A stretch of 48,016 bases of DNA from Demequina sp. GTDB lineage: Bacteria; Actinomycetota; Actinomycetes; Actinomycetales; Demequinaceae. The stretch covers positions 1-48,016 of the forward strand of contig JBKBNW010000001.1 in NCBI GenBank assembly GCA_046295115.1, in the 5' to 3' direction. The notes under the pieces are model-generated. The model had not been told where the DNA came from, did not search any database, and saw nothing but the letters and a program-made list of their open reading frames with translations. Below, one piece after another: positions 38,296 through 48,016 of this stretch. The translations under genes and the position numbers were made by a program. Numbering within the stretch: the stretch's first letter is position 1; each line of letters opens with the position of its first letter.

Positions 38296-39759
38296 ATGGC
38301 AGACCACCACGGCGTCCTCGAGGACGTACGGCGGGGCATGATCCCTGCACATATCTACAACGACAAAGAGCTCTTCGAACTCGAGAAGGAACGTCTCTTC
38401 AGCCGCAGCTGGCTATTCGTCGCCCACGAGTCAGAGGTCCCCGAGGCTGGCGACTACGTGGTCCGCAGAGTCCTCGAAGACTCGTTCATCATCTCCCGGG
38501 ACGAACAGGGCCAGGTCCGGGCCCTGTTTAACATGTGCCTCCACCGGGGCATGCAGGTCTGCCGGGCAGAGATGGGCAATGCCTCCCACTTCCGTTGCCC
38601 CTACCACGGTTGGTCCTACCGCAACGACGGGCGCCTCGTTGGCCTGCCGTTTCACAAGGAGGCCTACGGCGGCGAGGAAGGCTTCAAGAAGAAGGGCCAG
38701 ACCCTGTTGCCGGCTCCCTCACTGGCCACGTACAACGGTCTGATCTTCATCAGCATGGACCCGGACGCCGAGCCCCTGGAGGAGTTCCTGGGGGACTTCA
38801 AGTTCTACCTGGACTACTACACGAAGCAGAGCGCAGACGGCATCGAGCTGCGTGGCCCTCAGCGTTGGCGGGTCAAGGCGAACTGGAAGATCGGGGCCGA
38901 GAACTTCGCCGGGGACATGTACCACACGCCCCAGACCCACACCTCGGTGGTGGAGATTGGCCTCTTCCGCGAGCCCAAGGCGGAGAAACGCAAGGACGGC
39001 ACCACGTACTGGGCCGGCAACGGTGGCGGCACCACTTACAAGCTGCCCGAAGGTGGCCTGGAGGAGCGTCTGCGCTACGTAGGCTACCCGGACGAGATGA
39101 TCGCCCGGATGAAGGAGCAGTGGACCCAGGAGCAGCTCGACGTGGTCGGCAAGGACGGGTTCATGATCTCGGCGGCCTCACTGTTCCCGAACATGAGCTT
39201 CGTGCACAACTGGCCGCGGGTCGAAGAGGGCTCCGACGAGGTGCTCCCCTTCATCTCCATCCGCGTGTGGCAGCCAATCAGCGAGAACGAGACGGAAGTC
39301 CTCTCGTGGTTCGCCGTCGACAAGAACGCGCCGGAGGAGTACAAAGCGCTCTCCTACAAGGCGTATCTCATGTGCTTCGGTAGTGGCGGCATGTTCGAAC
39401 AGGACGACGTCGAGAACTGGGTGTCCCTCACCAATACTGCCGCCGGCTCCATGGCACGGCGTCTGCTGCTCAACAGCCGGATGGGCATGCTCGAGAACGG
39501 CGAGAACGTCGTCGAGGCCCTGTCCCCGGAGGAATACTCGGGACCCGGCTCCACCCGTATCGGATACAGCGAGTACAACCAGCGGGAGTTGTTGCGCCGA
39601 TGGGCCGATCACCTCGAACGTCCGGCAGTAGCCGCAGCGCAGGTGCACGTGGGCTCGGACCTGGTGAAGGCGCCGCCGGCCGCCGGATCGGGGGCCCCCC
39701 GCCCGGCCTGCGGCAGCGCAGAGACCGTGCCCGCTGCGACCCTGCACGAGGAGGTCTGA
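38296..39759 (+). CDS. phtAa: Phthalate 3,4-dioxygenase alpha subunit
   Basis: Rieske CLH...CPYH, DMYHTPQTH, FEQDD. Operon context. Confidence 0.88.
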   Translation: MADHHGVLEDVRRGMIPAHIYNDKELFELEKERLFSRSWLFVAHESEVPEAGDYVVRRVLEDSFIISRDEQGQVRALFNMCLHRGMQVCRAEMGNASHFRCPYHGWSYRNDGRLVGLPFHKEAYGGEEGFKKKGQTLLPAPSLATYNGLIFISMDPDAEPLEEFLGDFKFYLDYYTKQSADGIELRGPQRWRVKANWKIGAENFAGDMYHTPQTHTSVVEIGLFREPKAEKRKDGTTYWAGNGGGTTYKLPEGGLEERLRYVGYPDEMIARMKEQWTQEQLDVVGKDGFMISAASLFPNMSFVHNWPRVEEGSDEVLPFISIRVWQPISENETEVLSWFAVDKNAPEEYKALSYKAYLMCFGSGGMFEQDDVENWVSLTNTAAGSMARRLLLNSRMGMLENGENVVEALSPEEYSGPGSTRIGYSEYNQRELLRRWADHLERPAVAAAQVHVGSDLVKAPPAAGSGAPRPACGSAETVPAATLHEEV

Positions 39760-39761
39760 TC

Positions 39762-40373
39762 ATGAGTGTTGGAACGGCACACGAGAACGAGAATTCGACG
39801 CTGTCCGAGCAGTCGGCGCTGGGAGCCCACGCCCCGCGTACCCAGCGGACGGGGCAGACCCTGCCCTTCAACGATGAACTTCACCTGGAGGCGCACCGTT
39901 GGCTAGTCGATGAGGCATACCTGTTGGACGCCCAAGACTACGGCGAATGGCTCTCCCGGATTGCCGATGACGTGCATTACCTCATGCCCGTCCGCGTCAC
40001 CACTGCCCTGGGCGCCGGATACTCCACCTCACCGGGGATGGCGCACTGGGACGAGAACAAGTACTCGCTCAGCCGCCGGGTGGCCCGCTTCGCCACCGAC
40101 CACGCCTGGACTGAAGACCCCCCATCACGGCTACGCCACTACATCACTAACGTGCGCACCTTCCGCACCCCCAACCCCGACGAAATCATCGTGGACTCGG
40201 CGGTTCTTCTCTTCCGCAGCCGTGGTGACGTCGGGGAATCCTCCACTGTCTCCGCAGGACGCGAGGACCTCCTCCGCCGTACCTCATCAAGGTCCGGGTG
40301 GGAGCTCGCCCGGCGCACCATCATGGTCGACGAGTCGGTCATCCGCATGCAGAATCTGGCTATCTTCCTATGA
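39762..40373 (+). CDS. phtAb: Phthalate 3,4-dioxygenase beta subunit
   Basis: EAYLLD...WTEDPPSRLRHYITNV...REDLLR...QNLAIFL. Confidence 0.88.
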   Translation: MSVGTAHENENSTLSEQSALGAHAPRTQRTGQTLPFNDELHLEAHRWLVDEAYLLDAQDYGEWLSRIADDVHYLMPVRVTTALGAGYSTSPGMAHWDENKYSLSRRVARFATDHAWTEDPPSRLRHYITNVRTFRTPNPDEIIVDSAVLLFRSRGDVGESSTVSAGREDLLRRTSSRSGWELARRTIMVDESVIRMQNLAIFL

Positions 40374-40675
40374 AGCTGGAATGGGAAGGCGAGGAGGAAG
40401 ACCGCCTCGCGGCGATTCGGGCCACCGAGGAACGACGTCGGCTCGAAGAGCACGTCACCGGAACGCCGATCGTGATCGCCAACGAGTTCTCGGAGGTCCA
40501 GGTCACCCGCATTGAGACCCGCAACGGTTCGCGGCTGATGATTCAATCTCCTCGTTCGGGCCAGTGGGTAACGCTCTGTCCGCTGGAACTGGAGTCCCTG
40601 ACCTGGCAGGCCCCAGACACGTTCTCGGCCATGATCGGCCACCCTTTCGGGCCGCTAGTGACCGAAGAAGAATAG
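40370..40675 (+). CDS. Small conserved hypothetical protein of Rieske oxygenase clusters
   Basis: ANEFSEV...TRNGSRL...LCPLELESLTWQ. ATGA-coupled to phtAb. Confidence 0.8.
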   Translation: MKLEWEGEEEDRLAAIRATEERRRLEEHVTGTPIVIANEFSEVQVTRIETRNGSRLMIQSPRSGQWVTLCPLELESLTWQAPDTFSAMIGHPFGPLVTEEE

Positions 40676-40722
40676 ACACTCCTAACTGCCACAGCATCAC
40701 CGCCTCACGAAAGTATGTGACC

Positions 40723-40920
40723 ATGCCTGTAATCAAAGCTGACCTGGGCGCCTGTCAGGGGTATGCAAACTGCGTCGTCGGAGCCTCTGACTACTTCGAC
40801 CTGGACGACGACGGGATCGTCGTACTGCTCCAGACCGAGGTCCCCGAAGCCGACCGCGCCCGCGTCATCGAAGCTGCCCGCAGCTGCCCGGTCTCCGCGC
40901 TGGTGGTGGAGGACGAATGA
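40723..40920 (+). CDS. phtAc: [3Fe-4S] ferredoxin
   Basis: CQGYANC...SCPVSAL, 65 aa. Confidence 0.88.
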   Translation: MPVIKADLGACQGYANCVVGASDYFDLDDDGIVVLLQTEVPEADRARVIEAARSCPVSALVVEDE

Positions 40921-42149
40921 GTCCGATCACCGTCATCGTCGGGTCCTCCATCGCCGGGGTGCGCACCGCGCAGTCCCTCCGCCGGGAAGGCTATAAGGGG
41001 GAGATCATCCTCGTGGGAGAAGAGACCGAACTTCCCTACGACAAACCGCCCCTGTCGAAATCCGTTCTTGCGGGATCCGCCGATGAGGACTCCATCCGGC
41101 TGCTGACCCAGGAGCAGGCCGATACCGAGGACATCCAACTCCTGCTGGGACACCGCGCCGTCGGTCTGGACGTCGCCGAGAACCTGCTGAAGCTTGAAGG
41201 GCATGAACCCCTTCATTACGACAACCTCGTCATCGCCACCGGAGCATCACCCCGCCCCTCCCCCTGGGGTCAGCCTCCAGGGATCCACGTGCTGCGCACC
41301 CTTGAGGACGCCCGCGAACTACGTGGGGACCTTCTCCGGGGTGGGGCGCTTGCCGTCATCGGGGCAGGGTTCATCGGCGCCGAAGCGGCAGCCACCGCCC
41401 GCGGCCTGGGATTGGAGGTCACCGTCATCGACCCGGTACCCGTGCCCATGAGCCGCCTCTTCAACCCTGAGATCGGCCAGTGGTTCGCAGACCTTCACCA
41501 GGACAACGGGGTCAACACCATGTTCGGCACCGGAGTGGAAGCCATCGAAGGCGAGGAGGGCAACTTCTCCCTCCACCTGACCAACGGTGAGAGCGTTCAG
41601 GCGGCCACCGTGCTGATCGGTATCGGCGTCATCCCCAACGACTCCTGGCTCAGCGCATCCGGCCTGCTCGTGGACAACGGCGTCGTGCTCAACGAGTACT
41701 GCCAAGCCCTCGACGCCGCGAACGTGTACGCCGTCGGCGACGTAGCCCGCTGGCGCCACCAGAAGCACGGCGAGGACGTCAGGACCGAGCACTGGACTAA
41801 CGCGGTGGAACAAGCCACATGCGTGGCCTACAACATCATCCATCCGGACCAGCCGCGCGCCTACACACCCATTGAATACGTGTGGAGCGACCAGCACGAC
41901 TGGAAAATCCAGATCGTGGGACGCGTCGGAGGCAATGTCGACCACGTCATCATCGGACACCCGCAGGTCCACGGCAAGTTCGCCGCCCTCTACACCACCG
42001 ACGGCACCACCGTCCGGGGCGCAGCCATCGTGAACTGGCCCAAAGCCCTCATTGCCTGCCGGCTGGGCATGGCCAAGGGAATCACGGTGCAGGATCTGCA
42101 CGCCAAGCTCGAACCCCAGTTGGAACCACAGCCGAGGAGGGCGTCATGA
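40917..42149 (+). CDS. phtAd: Ferredoxin reductase
   Basis: PYDKPPLSK, GAGFIGAE, AVGDVA, YVWSDQ. Confidence 0.9.
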   Translation: MSPITVIVGSSIAGVRTAQSLRREGYKGEIILVGEETELPYDKPPLSKSVLAGSADEDSIRLLTQEQADTEDIQLLLGHRAVGLDVAENLLKLEGHEPLHYDNLVIATGASPRPSPWGQPPGIHVLRTLEDARELRGDLLRGGALAVIGAGFIGAEAAATARGLGLEVTVIDPVPVPMSRLFNPEIGQWFADLHQDNGVNTMFGTGVEAIEGEEGNFSLHLTNGESVQAATVLIGIGVIPNDSWLSASGLLVDNGVVLNEYCQALDAANVYAVGDVARWRHQKHGEDVRTEHWTNAVEQATCVAYNIIHPDQPRAYTPIEYVWSDQHDWKIQIVGRVGGNVDHVIIGHPQVHGKFAALYTTDGTTVRGAAIVNWPKALIACRLGMAKGITVQDLHAKLEPQLEPQPRRAS

Positions 42150-42937
42150 CACCCGGGGGGAACTCGCTGCCCCAGACCGAGAGCGTCACCCGAGAACATA
42201 TCGCCCTCGCCTGCCGGGTCTTGGCCCATCGGGGCCTTGCAGATGGAATCTTGGGTCACATCAGCCTGAAAATTACCGACAGCACATTGCTGGTGCGCTG
42301 TCGCGGCCCGTACGAACGCGGACTGGCGTACACGCAAGCCGAAGACATCCGCATGGTGGACCTCGACGGCAATCCCGCCGCCGACGGCGAGCTCGCGGGC
42401 GGATACACGGTCCCCAACGAACTGCCGCTGCACACCGAGCTCTTCCGGCGCCGCCCAGACATCCGGGCTGTCGTTCACGCCCATCCCCCGCGAGTGGTTG
42501 CCGCCGACCTGGCAGGGCTTGCAGTACGCCCCATCGTAGGGGCGTACGACATTCCCGGAACCCGCCTCGCCGCCAACGGGGTGCCCGTCTATCCCCGCGG
42601 AGTGCTCATCCGCAACCGTCGGCTCGCCGCCGAAATGGCCGATACCATGGGAACAAGACCCGTTGTGGTGCTGCGGGGCCACGGCCTCACCAGCGCGGCC
42701 GAAACCGTCGAGCAAGCAGTTCTCCAGGCCATCAGCGTGGACGGCCTGGCAGGGCTGGCACTGCAAGTGGCTTCCGCTGGTGGGCACCTCGTCGACCTGC
42801 CCGATGCCGACATGGCCGAACTGCCCGACCTCGGAGGAGCATTCAACACTGGGACTGCCTGGAGACATGAACTCGCACGACTTGGTGAGCGCACCGTTGA
42901 CGGCCGGCGCCACAGCCGGGCAGAGACCGATCAGTAA
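42146..42937 (+). CDS. phtC: 3,4-Dihydroxyphthalate decarboxylase (class II aldolase fold)
   Basis: LGHIS, ELPLH, VVHAHP, LRGHG. Position in operon. Confidence 0.85.
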   Translation: MTPGGNSLPQTESVTREHIALACRVLAHRGLADGILGHISLKITDSTLLVRCRGPYERGLAYTQAEDIRMVDLDGNPAADGELAGGYTVPNELPLHTELFRRRPDIRAVVHAHPPRVVAADLAGLAVRPIVGAYDIPGTRLAANGVPVYPRGVLIRNRRLAAEMADTMGTRPVVVLRGHGLTSAAETVEQAVLQAISVDGLAGLALQVASAGGHLVDLPDADMAELPDLGGAFNTGTAWRHELARLGERTVDGRRHSRAETDQ

Positions 42938-42938
42938 C

Positions 42939-43739
42939 ATGAAGCTCATGTCTGCATCACAGGCGGAGGACGACTCCAGGTACGGCCCTCCTCCGCAGTA
43001 CCCCATCGAATCCGTCGACAACGCACTCCAGTTGTTGCTGCTCTTCGAGACTCGGCCGAGCATCCGGCTCACCGATGCCAGCAAGTACCTCGGAGTGGCA
43101 TCGTCCACGGCCCATCGCCTCATGGGGATGCTTCTCTACCGCGGTTTCGTACGGCAGAACCCCCAGACTAAAGCGTACGAACCCGGACAAGCACTCAGCT
43201 CCATCGCCTTCGCCATACGGCGCCACGTCGATATCGGGACCCTCATTCGCCCAGCAATGGAGAGGTTATTCGAGGCAACCGGAGAGACAGTACACTTTGC
43301 CGAGCTCGTAGGCTCGAACACACACTTCCTCGAAGCCATCGAGAGCCAACGCGCGGTCCGCGTTGCCTCACGTCACGGTGCGATGCTTCCGGCCAACTGC
43401 ACTGCAACAGGCAAAGCAATGCTGAGCCTACTCACCACGGAACAATTGCACGTTCTGTACCCGCATGAGAAGCTCCCGGGTCTCACCAAGGGATCCATTA
43501 CCTCCCGTTCCGATCTGGAGCGCGCCCTCGAAACGATTCGGCAAACCGGATACTCAACGAGTCAGGAAGAAAGCGAGGACGGCGTCATGTCAGTCGCTGT
43601 CCCCCTCACCAGCCCGAGCGGAAAGCACTACGGGGCTAACGTATCCGTGCCCGCTCACCGCATGACTGAACGACTCTGCACAGAACTCGGGGCCATGCTC
43701 CAGACAGCCGCCAAAGACATCCACGGCTTGCTCGTTTAG
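42939..43739 (+). CDS. phtR: IclR-family regulator
   Basis: ESVDNALQLL...GVASSTAHRL...NCTATGKAML. Confidence 0.87.
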   Translation: MKLMSASQAEDDSRYGPPPQYPIESVDNALQLLLLFETRPSIRLTDASKYLGVASSTAHRLMGMLLYRGFVRQNPQTKAYEPGQALSSIAFAIRRHVDIGTLIRPAMERLFEATGETVHFAELVGSNTHFLEAIESQRAVRVASRHGAMLPANCTATGKAMLSLLTTEQLHVLYPHEKLPGLTKGSITSRSDLERALETIRQTGYSTSQEESEDGVMSVAVPLTSPSGKHYGANVSVPAHRMTERLCTELGAMLQTAAKDIHGLLV

Positions 43740-43796
43740 GGATCTCGACGGCCGGTGACGATGGGGGTCGTGGATAGGACCACTTCAGCTCAGCGG

Positions 43797-44972
43797 TCAT
43801 TCCAGAGAGTCGATTTTCCGCAGTCGGTGCCCGAAGAAGAAGGAGATGACCACGGCGACGGTTGCCGTAGTGGCGAGCATCGCCCAGGCCAGTGTCGAGT
43901 TACCGAGGGTAAGGACCACCCCGGTGAGCACGGGACCGATGGTATTGCCGATGTACGTGCCGGCCTGGACGATGCCGGTGGCCGCCGCGGTGGCCCCAGG
44001 TGCCATGTACGAGATGAGGAAGTGCGCCAGGCCTGGCCAGCCCCACCCCAGGCCCGCCGCGAGCAGGACACCTGCCACGTAGCTCCAGGTGGTGGGGATC
44101 GCCATGAGTGAAAGCCCGACGGCGCAGACGATGAGTGCTGTCTGGATCAAAGAAAGAGCCGACACGCCGCCTCGATCGACGACTCCGCCAATCACGATAC
44201 GGGTCGCGGCTCCTAGGGCGCTGCCGACGGCCAGAAGCACACCAGCCGGGCCGACCGCAATCCCCCGCTCCAGCGCGCCGATCACGGCAAAGGCTACGGC
44301 GGAGGTGACGGCACCGCCCGCGAACATCGTCATCGCGGCCATCAGCACCAACGCCGAACGCAACTGTGTATCCCATTGCCCCGCCGGCCGAGTCGCACCC
44401 ATGACGACGGGCATGGTCCGGGTCCGGGCCACGGGAACCAGTACGAGCATGCCGAGGACAGCCATCAGCAGGAAGGCCATGGGCCAGCCCAGAGTCAACG
44501 CAACCAGCGGGATCGAGACGCCGGCGATCAGCCCCGTCAGAGGGACCGCGGCCTGTTTCACCCCGAAGGCAAGCCCGCGCGAGGAGGCTGGGATGTGCGT
44601 GACGAGCAAGTAGTTGGAGGAAGGGTGCCCCAGACCGTTCCCGAGTCCCCCCAGGCATGCCCACACAATTAGCCACGGCCACGCAGGGATCCAGGACGCG
44701 CTGCCGGTCAGGCTCAATATCGCCAGCAGCAAGGCGGCGATGCCCATGCCTTTCTCGCTGAGCACACGACCAATCACATCGGTGCAAGCAGAGGTAAGGG
44801 CGGCTGCGGCCCAGTAGACCCCCACCGCCAGGCCGACCCCGTAGGCCGGGACACGGATTGTTGCGGTGATCTCCGTGGCCAGCGCCCCAAGGAGAAATAC
44901 CGGCATGTTTGTCAAAACGGTCACCAGCACGGCCACAGCCACAGCGGCGAAACCACGGCCCGGACGTCTCAC
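43797..44972 (-). CDS. MFS transporter
   Basis: About 12 hydrophobic segments, RGLAFGVKQAAVP. Confidence 0.85.
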   Translation of the reverse strand: MRRPGRGFAAVAVAVLVTVLTNMPVFLLGALATEITATIRVPAYGVGLAVGVYWAAAALTSACTDVIGRVLSEKGMGIAALLLAILSLTGSASWIPAWPWLIVWACLGGLGNGLGHPSSNYLLVTHIPASSRGLAFGVKQAAVPLTGLIAGVSIPLVALTLGWPMAFLLMAVLGMLVLVPVARTRTMPVVMGATRPAGQWDTQLRSALVLMAAMTMFAGGAVTSAVAFAVIGALERGIAVGPAGVLLAVGSALGAATRIVIGGVVDRGGVSALSLIQTALIVCAVGLSLMAIPTTWSYVAGVLLAAGLGWGWPGLAHFLISYMAPGATAAATGIVQAGTYIGNTIGPVLTGVVLTLGNSTLAWAMLATTATVAVVISFFFGHRLRKIDSLE

Positions 44973-45281
44973 GTGCTGCGACCTGCCAACGGGGCATCCG
45001 ATGTCGCATCCATCTCCGGCGCCCTGCGCCTACGCACCCGGGGGCATGGCGGTAAACAGTTCATAGCTGGCTTTCCTGCCCTTCCAGGTCCTGGCTGTGG
45101 TGCGAGCAATGCCGCTTCTGAAGTGCCCCGGGATTGATGGAGACATTGATGTGTCCCGGATTTCGTCGGGTTCGGATTTCTTGGATTCTCATGCCTCAAG
45201 TACGACTTCGCCGGGTATCGGTCTAGATGGATCAGCGTCGGCCCCTGTCTCCCTTCTGGCCCGCGTCAGATCTCCTTCCCA

Positions 45282-46037
45282 TCACCCGCCTGACGCCAGT
45301 TCCCGGCCGATACCGAACGCCGCGGCCTGGAGGACGCCGACGAGGCGGGTCCTGTCCCTCGTCAAGTGGGGAACCACAAGACCCAGGGATGCGACGACCG
45401 CGGTACCGCGCTGCACGGGGACGGCCACCGAGCACGCTCCGAGGGTCATCTCGTCGACCGTTGTCGCATACCCATGGCGCCGCACCTGAGCCAGCTGCTG
45501 TCGCAGGAGCCCGGGTTGGGTCAGCGTGTACGGCGTCATGCGGGTCAGCGAGCCAAGCGCCTCGGAGAGCACGTCGTCGGGCGCGTGCGCGAGCAGGACC
45601 TTGCCGACTGCCGTGCAGTGCAGCGGCAAGTGGGAGCCGACGGTGCTGACGATCGGGACGGACGCTGTGCCCGACAGCCGGTCGAGGTACAACACCTCGG
45701 TCCCCTCGCGCACTGCGAGGTGCACGGTGGCCAGGGTCGCGCCGTAGACGTCATGGAGGAACGGCTCAGCGATCTGACGCAGACCGGTCTGGGTCGGCGC
45801 GAGCAGCGCGAGCTCCCAGATCCGGCGGCCCACGACGTACTCGCCGGACGGCCGCCGTACCAAGCCGCCCCAGGTCGTCAGCTCCGCCACCAGCCGGTGA
45901 GTGGTCGGCAGCGGCAGATCCGCCCGACGCCCGATCTGGCTCAGCGTCATCGCCCGATGCTCGTCGTCGAAGGCGCCGAGGACGGCCAGCAGGCGCGAGG
46001 CGACACTGGCTCCCGGATCGGAGATGTTGCCGGACAT
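45282..46037 (-). CDS. IclR-family regulator (PcaR/PobR-like)
   Basis: ADLPLPTTHRL...LPLHCTAVGKVLLA. Divergent from pcaHGB. Confidence 0.9.
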   Translation of the reverse strand: MSGNISDPGASVASRLLAVLGAFDDEHRAMTLSQIGRRADLPLPTTHRLVAELTTWGGLVRRPSGEYVVGRRIWELALLAPTQTGLRQIAEPFLHDVYGATLATVHLAVREGTEVLYLDRLSGTASVPIVSTVGSHLPLHCTAVGKVLLAHAPDDVLSEALGSLTRMTPYTLTQPGLLRQQLAQVRRHGYATTVDEMTLGACSVAVPVQRGTAVVASLGLVVPHLTRDRTRLVGVLQAAAFGIGRELASGG

Positions 46038-46047
46038 CGTCCCGCCT

Positions 46048-46060
46048 TTCACTCAGTGAA
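46048..46060. promoter_or_regulatory. IclR/PcaR-type operator
   Basis: TTCAC-TCA-GTGAA in the 68-bp divergent gap. Confidence 0.65.
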
Positions 46061-46105
46061 CGACATGGGTCGAAGCGTACGCCCCGGCGGCCTAGTGTCG
46101 GACTG

Positions 46106-46867
46106 GTGAGCACACCCGAGCTATCGACCCAGGCCGAGGTCAGCGCCGAGATCGCCGACCTGTCCGCAGGCGCCGACCCCTCCGTCGTCCAGCCCCGCCT
46201 CGACTACGCCCCGTATCGCAGCAGCCTCCTGCGGCATCCGACCAAGGATCTGCACCAGGTCGATCCCGAGGGCGTCGAGCTGTGGGCTCCGTGCTTCAGC
46301 CACCAGGACGTCGATCCGCTCGAGGCCGATCTGACGATCCAGCACTCCGGCGAGCCCATCGGCGAGCGCATCTCGATCTCGGGCCGAGTCGTCGACGGCG
46401 ACGGACGCCCGGTCGCGCACCAGCTGGTCGAGATCTGGCAGGCCAACGCCGGTGGCCGCTACATCCACCAGCGTGACCAGCATCCGGCGCCGCTCGACCC
46501 GAACTTCACCGGTGCCGGGCGGTGCCTGACTGATGCGGACGGCGGCTACTCCTTCCAGACCATCAAGCCGGGCCCGTACCCGTGGCGGAACCACCGCAAC
46601 GCCTGGCGTCCCGCCCACGTGCACTTCTCCCTGTTCGGCACCGAGTTCACGCAGCGCATCGTCACGCAGATGTACTTCCCGGGCGATCCACTGTTCGCTC
46701 TTGACCCGATCTACCAGTCGATCACCGACCAGGACGCCCGTGACCGCCTCGTCGCCAGCTACGACCACGACCTGACGCGGCCCGAGTGGTCGACCGGTTA
46801 CCGGTGGGACATCGTGCTCACCGGCGCGCATCGCACCTGGACCGACAACGACGAGGACCACTCATGA
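46106..46867 (+). CDS. pcaH: Protocatechuate 3,4-dioxygenase beta subunit
   Basis: PYRSSLLRHP, WQANAGGRY, PGPYPWRNH, WRPAHVHFS. Confidence 0.96.
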   Translation: MSTPELSTQAEVSAEIADLSAGADPSVVQPRLDYAPYRSSLLRHPTKDLHQVDPEGVELWAPCFSHQDVDPLEADLTIQHSGEPIGERISISGRVVDGDGRPVAHQLVEIWQANAGGRYIHQRDQHPAPLDPNFTGAGRCLTDADGGYSFQTIKPGPYPWRNHRNAWRPAHVHFSLFGTEFTQRIVTQMYFPGDPLFALDPIYQSITDQDARDRLVASYDHDLTRPEWSTGYRWDIVLTGAHRTWTDNDEDHS

Positions 46868-47433
46868 CCGCCCGCCTGCAGCCCACGCCCGGCCAGACCG
46901 TCGGGCCTTTCTTCCACTACGCGCTCCCCTATGACGGCGACTCCGAGCTCGTGCCTGCGGGCAGCCCGGGCTCGATCAGGTTCCACGGCCACGTGGTCGA
47001 CGGTGCCGGCGCGCCGGTCCCTGACGCGCTGGTCGAGATCTGGCAGGCGGACGGGTCCGGCAGGATCGTCCGGCAGCCCGGCTCGTTGCGCCGCGACGGC
47101 TGGACGTTCACGGGCTGGGGCCGGGCCGCGACCGACAACGCCGGCCACTATTCGTTCTCGACGATCGCGCCCGGCGCAGTGGGCGGGAGCGCTCCGTTCT
47201 TCGCGCTGACGGTGTTCGCACGTGGCCTTCTCGACCGGCTCTTCACCCGTGCGTACCTGCCGGGCGACGAGGCCGCCCTCGCCGCGGACCCCTTCCTCAA
47301 CAGCCTCGATCCGGACCGTCGCGCGACTCTGATCGCGGCGGTCGATGCGCAGGGACATACCTTCGACGTCCGTCTGCAGGGCGAGGGCGAGACCGTGTTC
47401 CTGACGTATCCGGGCCACGGACCGGCACACTGA
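46864..47433 (+). CDS. pcaG: Protocatechuate 3,4-dioxygenase alpha subunit
   Basis: TPGQTVGPFF, EIWQAD, FARGLL, LQGEGETVF. Confidence 0.96.
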   Translation: MTARLQPTPGQTVGPFFHYALPYDGDSELVPAGSPGSIRFHGHVVDGAGAPVPDALVEIWQADGSGRIVRQPGSLRRDGWTFTGWGRAATDNAGHYSFSTIAPGAVGGSAPFFALTVFARGLLDRLFTRAYLPGDEAALAADPFLNSLDPDRRATLIAAVDAQGHTFDVRLQGEGETVFLTYPGHGPAH

Positions 47434-47438
47434 GCGCC

Positions 47439-48016
47439 ATGACTGACCTGTTCTGGCCCGGCGACGAGCGCGCCGGCGACCTCATGAGCGCCGAGGCGCT
47501 GCTGGCCGCCATGATCAGGGTGGAGTCCGCGTGGCTCGACGCCCTCGTGGCCTCCGGCCTCGCGCCGTCCGCCGCCACCGCCGACCTCGCCCCGCTCGTC
47601 ACCGCCGACGACCTGCCGGACATCGCGGCGGCAGCCGAGGGCAGCGGCAACCCCGTCGTCCCCCTCGTCGGCCTGCTCCGCTCGCGGGCGCCGCAGCCCG
47701 CCGCCACCTGGCTGCACCGCGGACTCACCAGCCAGGACGTCCTCGATACCGCCCTCATGCTCGCGCTGCGCGATGCGCTCGATCGCCTGATCGACGAACT
47801 GCGCGCCCAGGTGACCGCGCTCTCGCACCTCGCCGCGCAGCACGCCGACACGCCGATGGTCGGCCGCACCCTGACCCAGCACGCCGTACCCACGACGTTC
47901 GGCGCCGTCGCCGCAGGCTGGCTCGACGGCCTGGTCGACGCCGCCGATCTGGTCCTGGACGCCCGCTCCCTCCTGCCGGTGCAGCTCGGCGGGGCGGTCG
48001 GCACTCTCTCGGCGAC
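47439..48016 (+). CDS. pcaB: 3-Carboxy-cis,cis-muconate cycloisomerase (runs off the window)
   Basis: Hand translation GNPVVPLV, HRGLTSQDVLDTA, GRTLTQHAVPTTFG, VQLGGAVGT. Confidence 0.92.
   Translation, partial: MTDLFWPGDERAGDLMSAEALLAAMIRVESAWLDALVASGLAPSAATADLAPLVTADDLPDIAAAAEGSGNPVVPLVGLLRSRAPQPAATWLHRGLTSQDVLDTALMLALRDALDRLIDELRAQVTALSHLAAQHADTPMVGRTLTQHAVPTTFGAVAAGWLDGLVDAADLVLDARSLLPVQLGGAVGTLSA

Noticed and set aside
38296-39759. Naphthalene or phenylpropionate dioxygenase call
   Set aside because: AKR-type dehydrogenase, [3Fe-4S] ferredoxin, aldolase-fold decarboxylase, IclR and adjacent pca genes fit the pht operon better.

Overview
High-GC actinobacterial DNA (Micrococcales/Propionibacteriales-like; taxonomy inferred) that is almost entirely accessory. 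The catabolic cargo forms a plausible phthalate-ester route: two tandem esterases (2285-3938), a complete Gram-positive phthalate operon phtB-Aa-Ab-orf-Ac-Ad-C-R (37291-43739), and an IclR regulator with pcaH-pcaG-pcaB (45282 to end). It also carries an AraC-ferredoxin-CYP153-reductase alkane hydroxylase module and CoA-ligase/crotonase/thioesterase genes. The backbone is a nest of mobile elements: three MOBF relaxase genes (one intact, one cut at a palindrome beside a large serine recombinase, one split into two permuted pieces that bracket the esterases), two type II TA pairs, Lsr2, KfrA-like and HNH genes, a dif-like XerCD site, an intact IS481 with a 6-bp TSD, an IS256 end and an IS110/IS21 nest. 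The most unusual signal is an array of seven co-oriented 27-bp palindromes (12-bp arms, invariant AAT centre, covarying arms) at 14901-15301, between a tandem AraC pair and the recombinase. No rRNA, tRNA or CRISPR array was seen. All product calls come from motif recognition by eye, not database searches.
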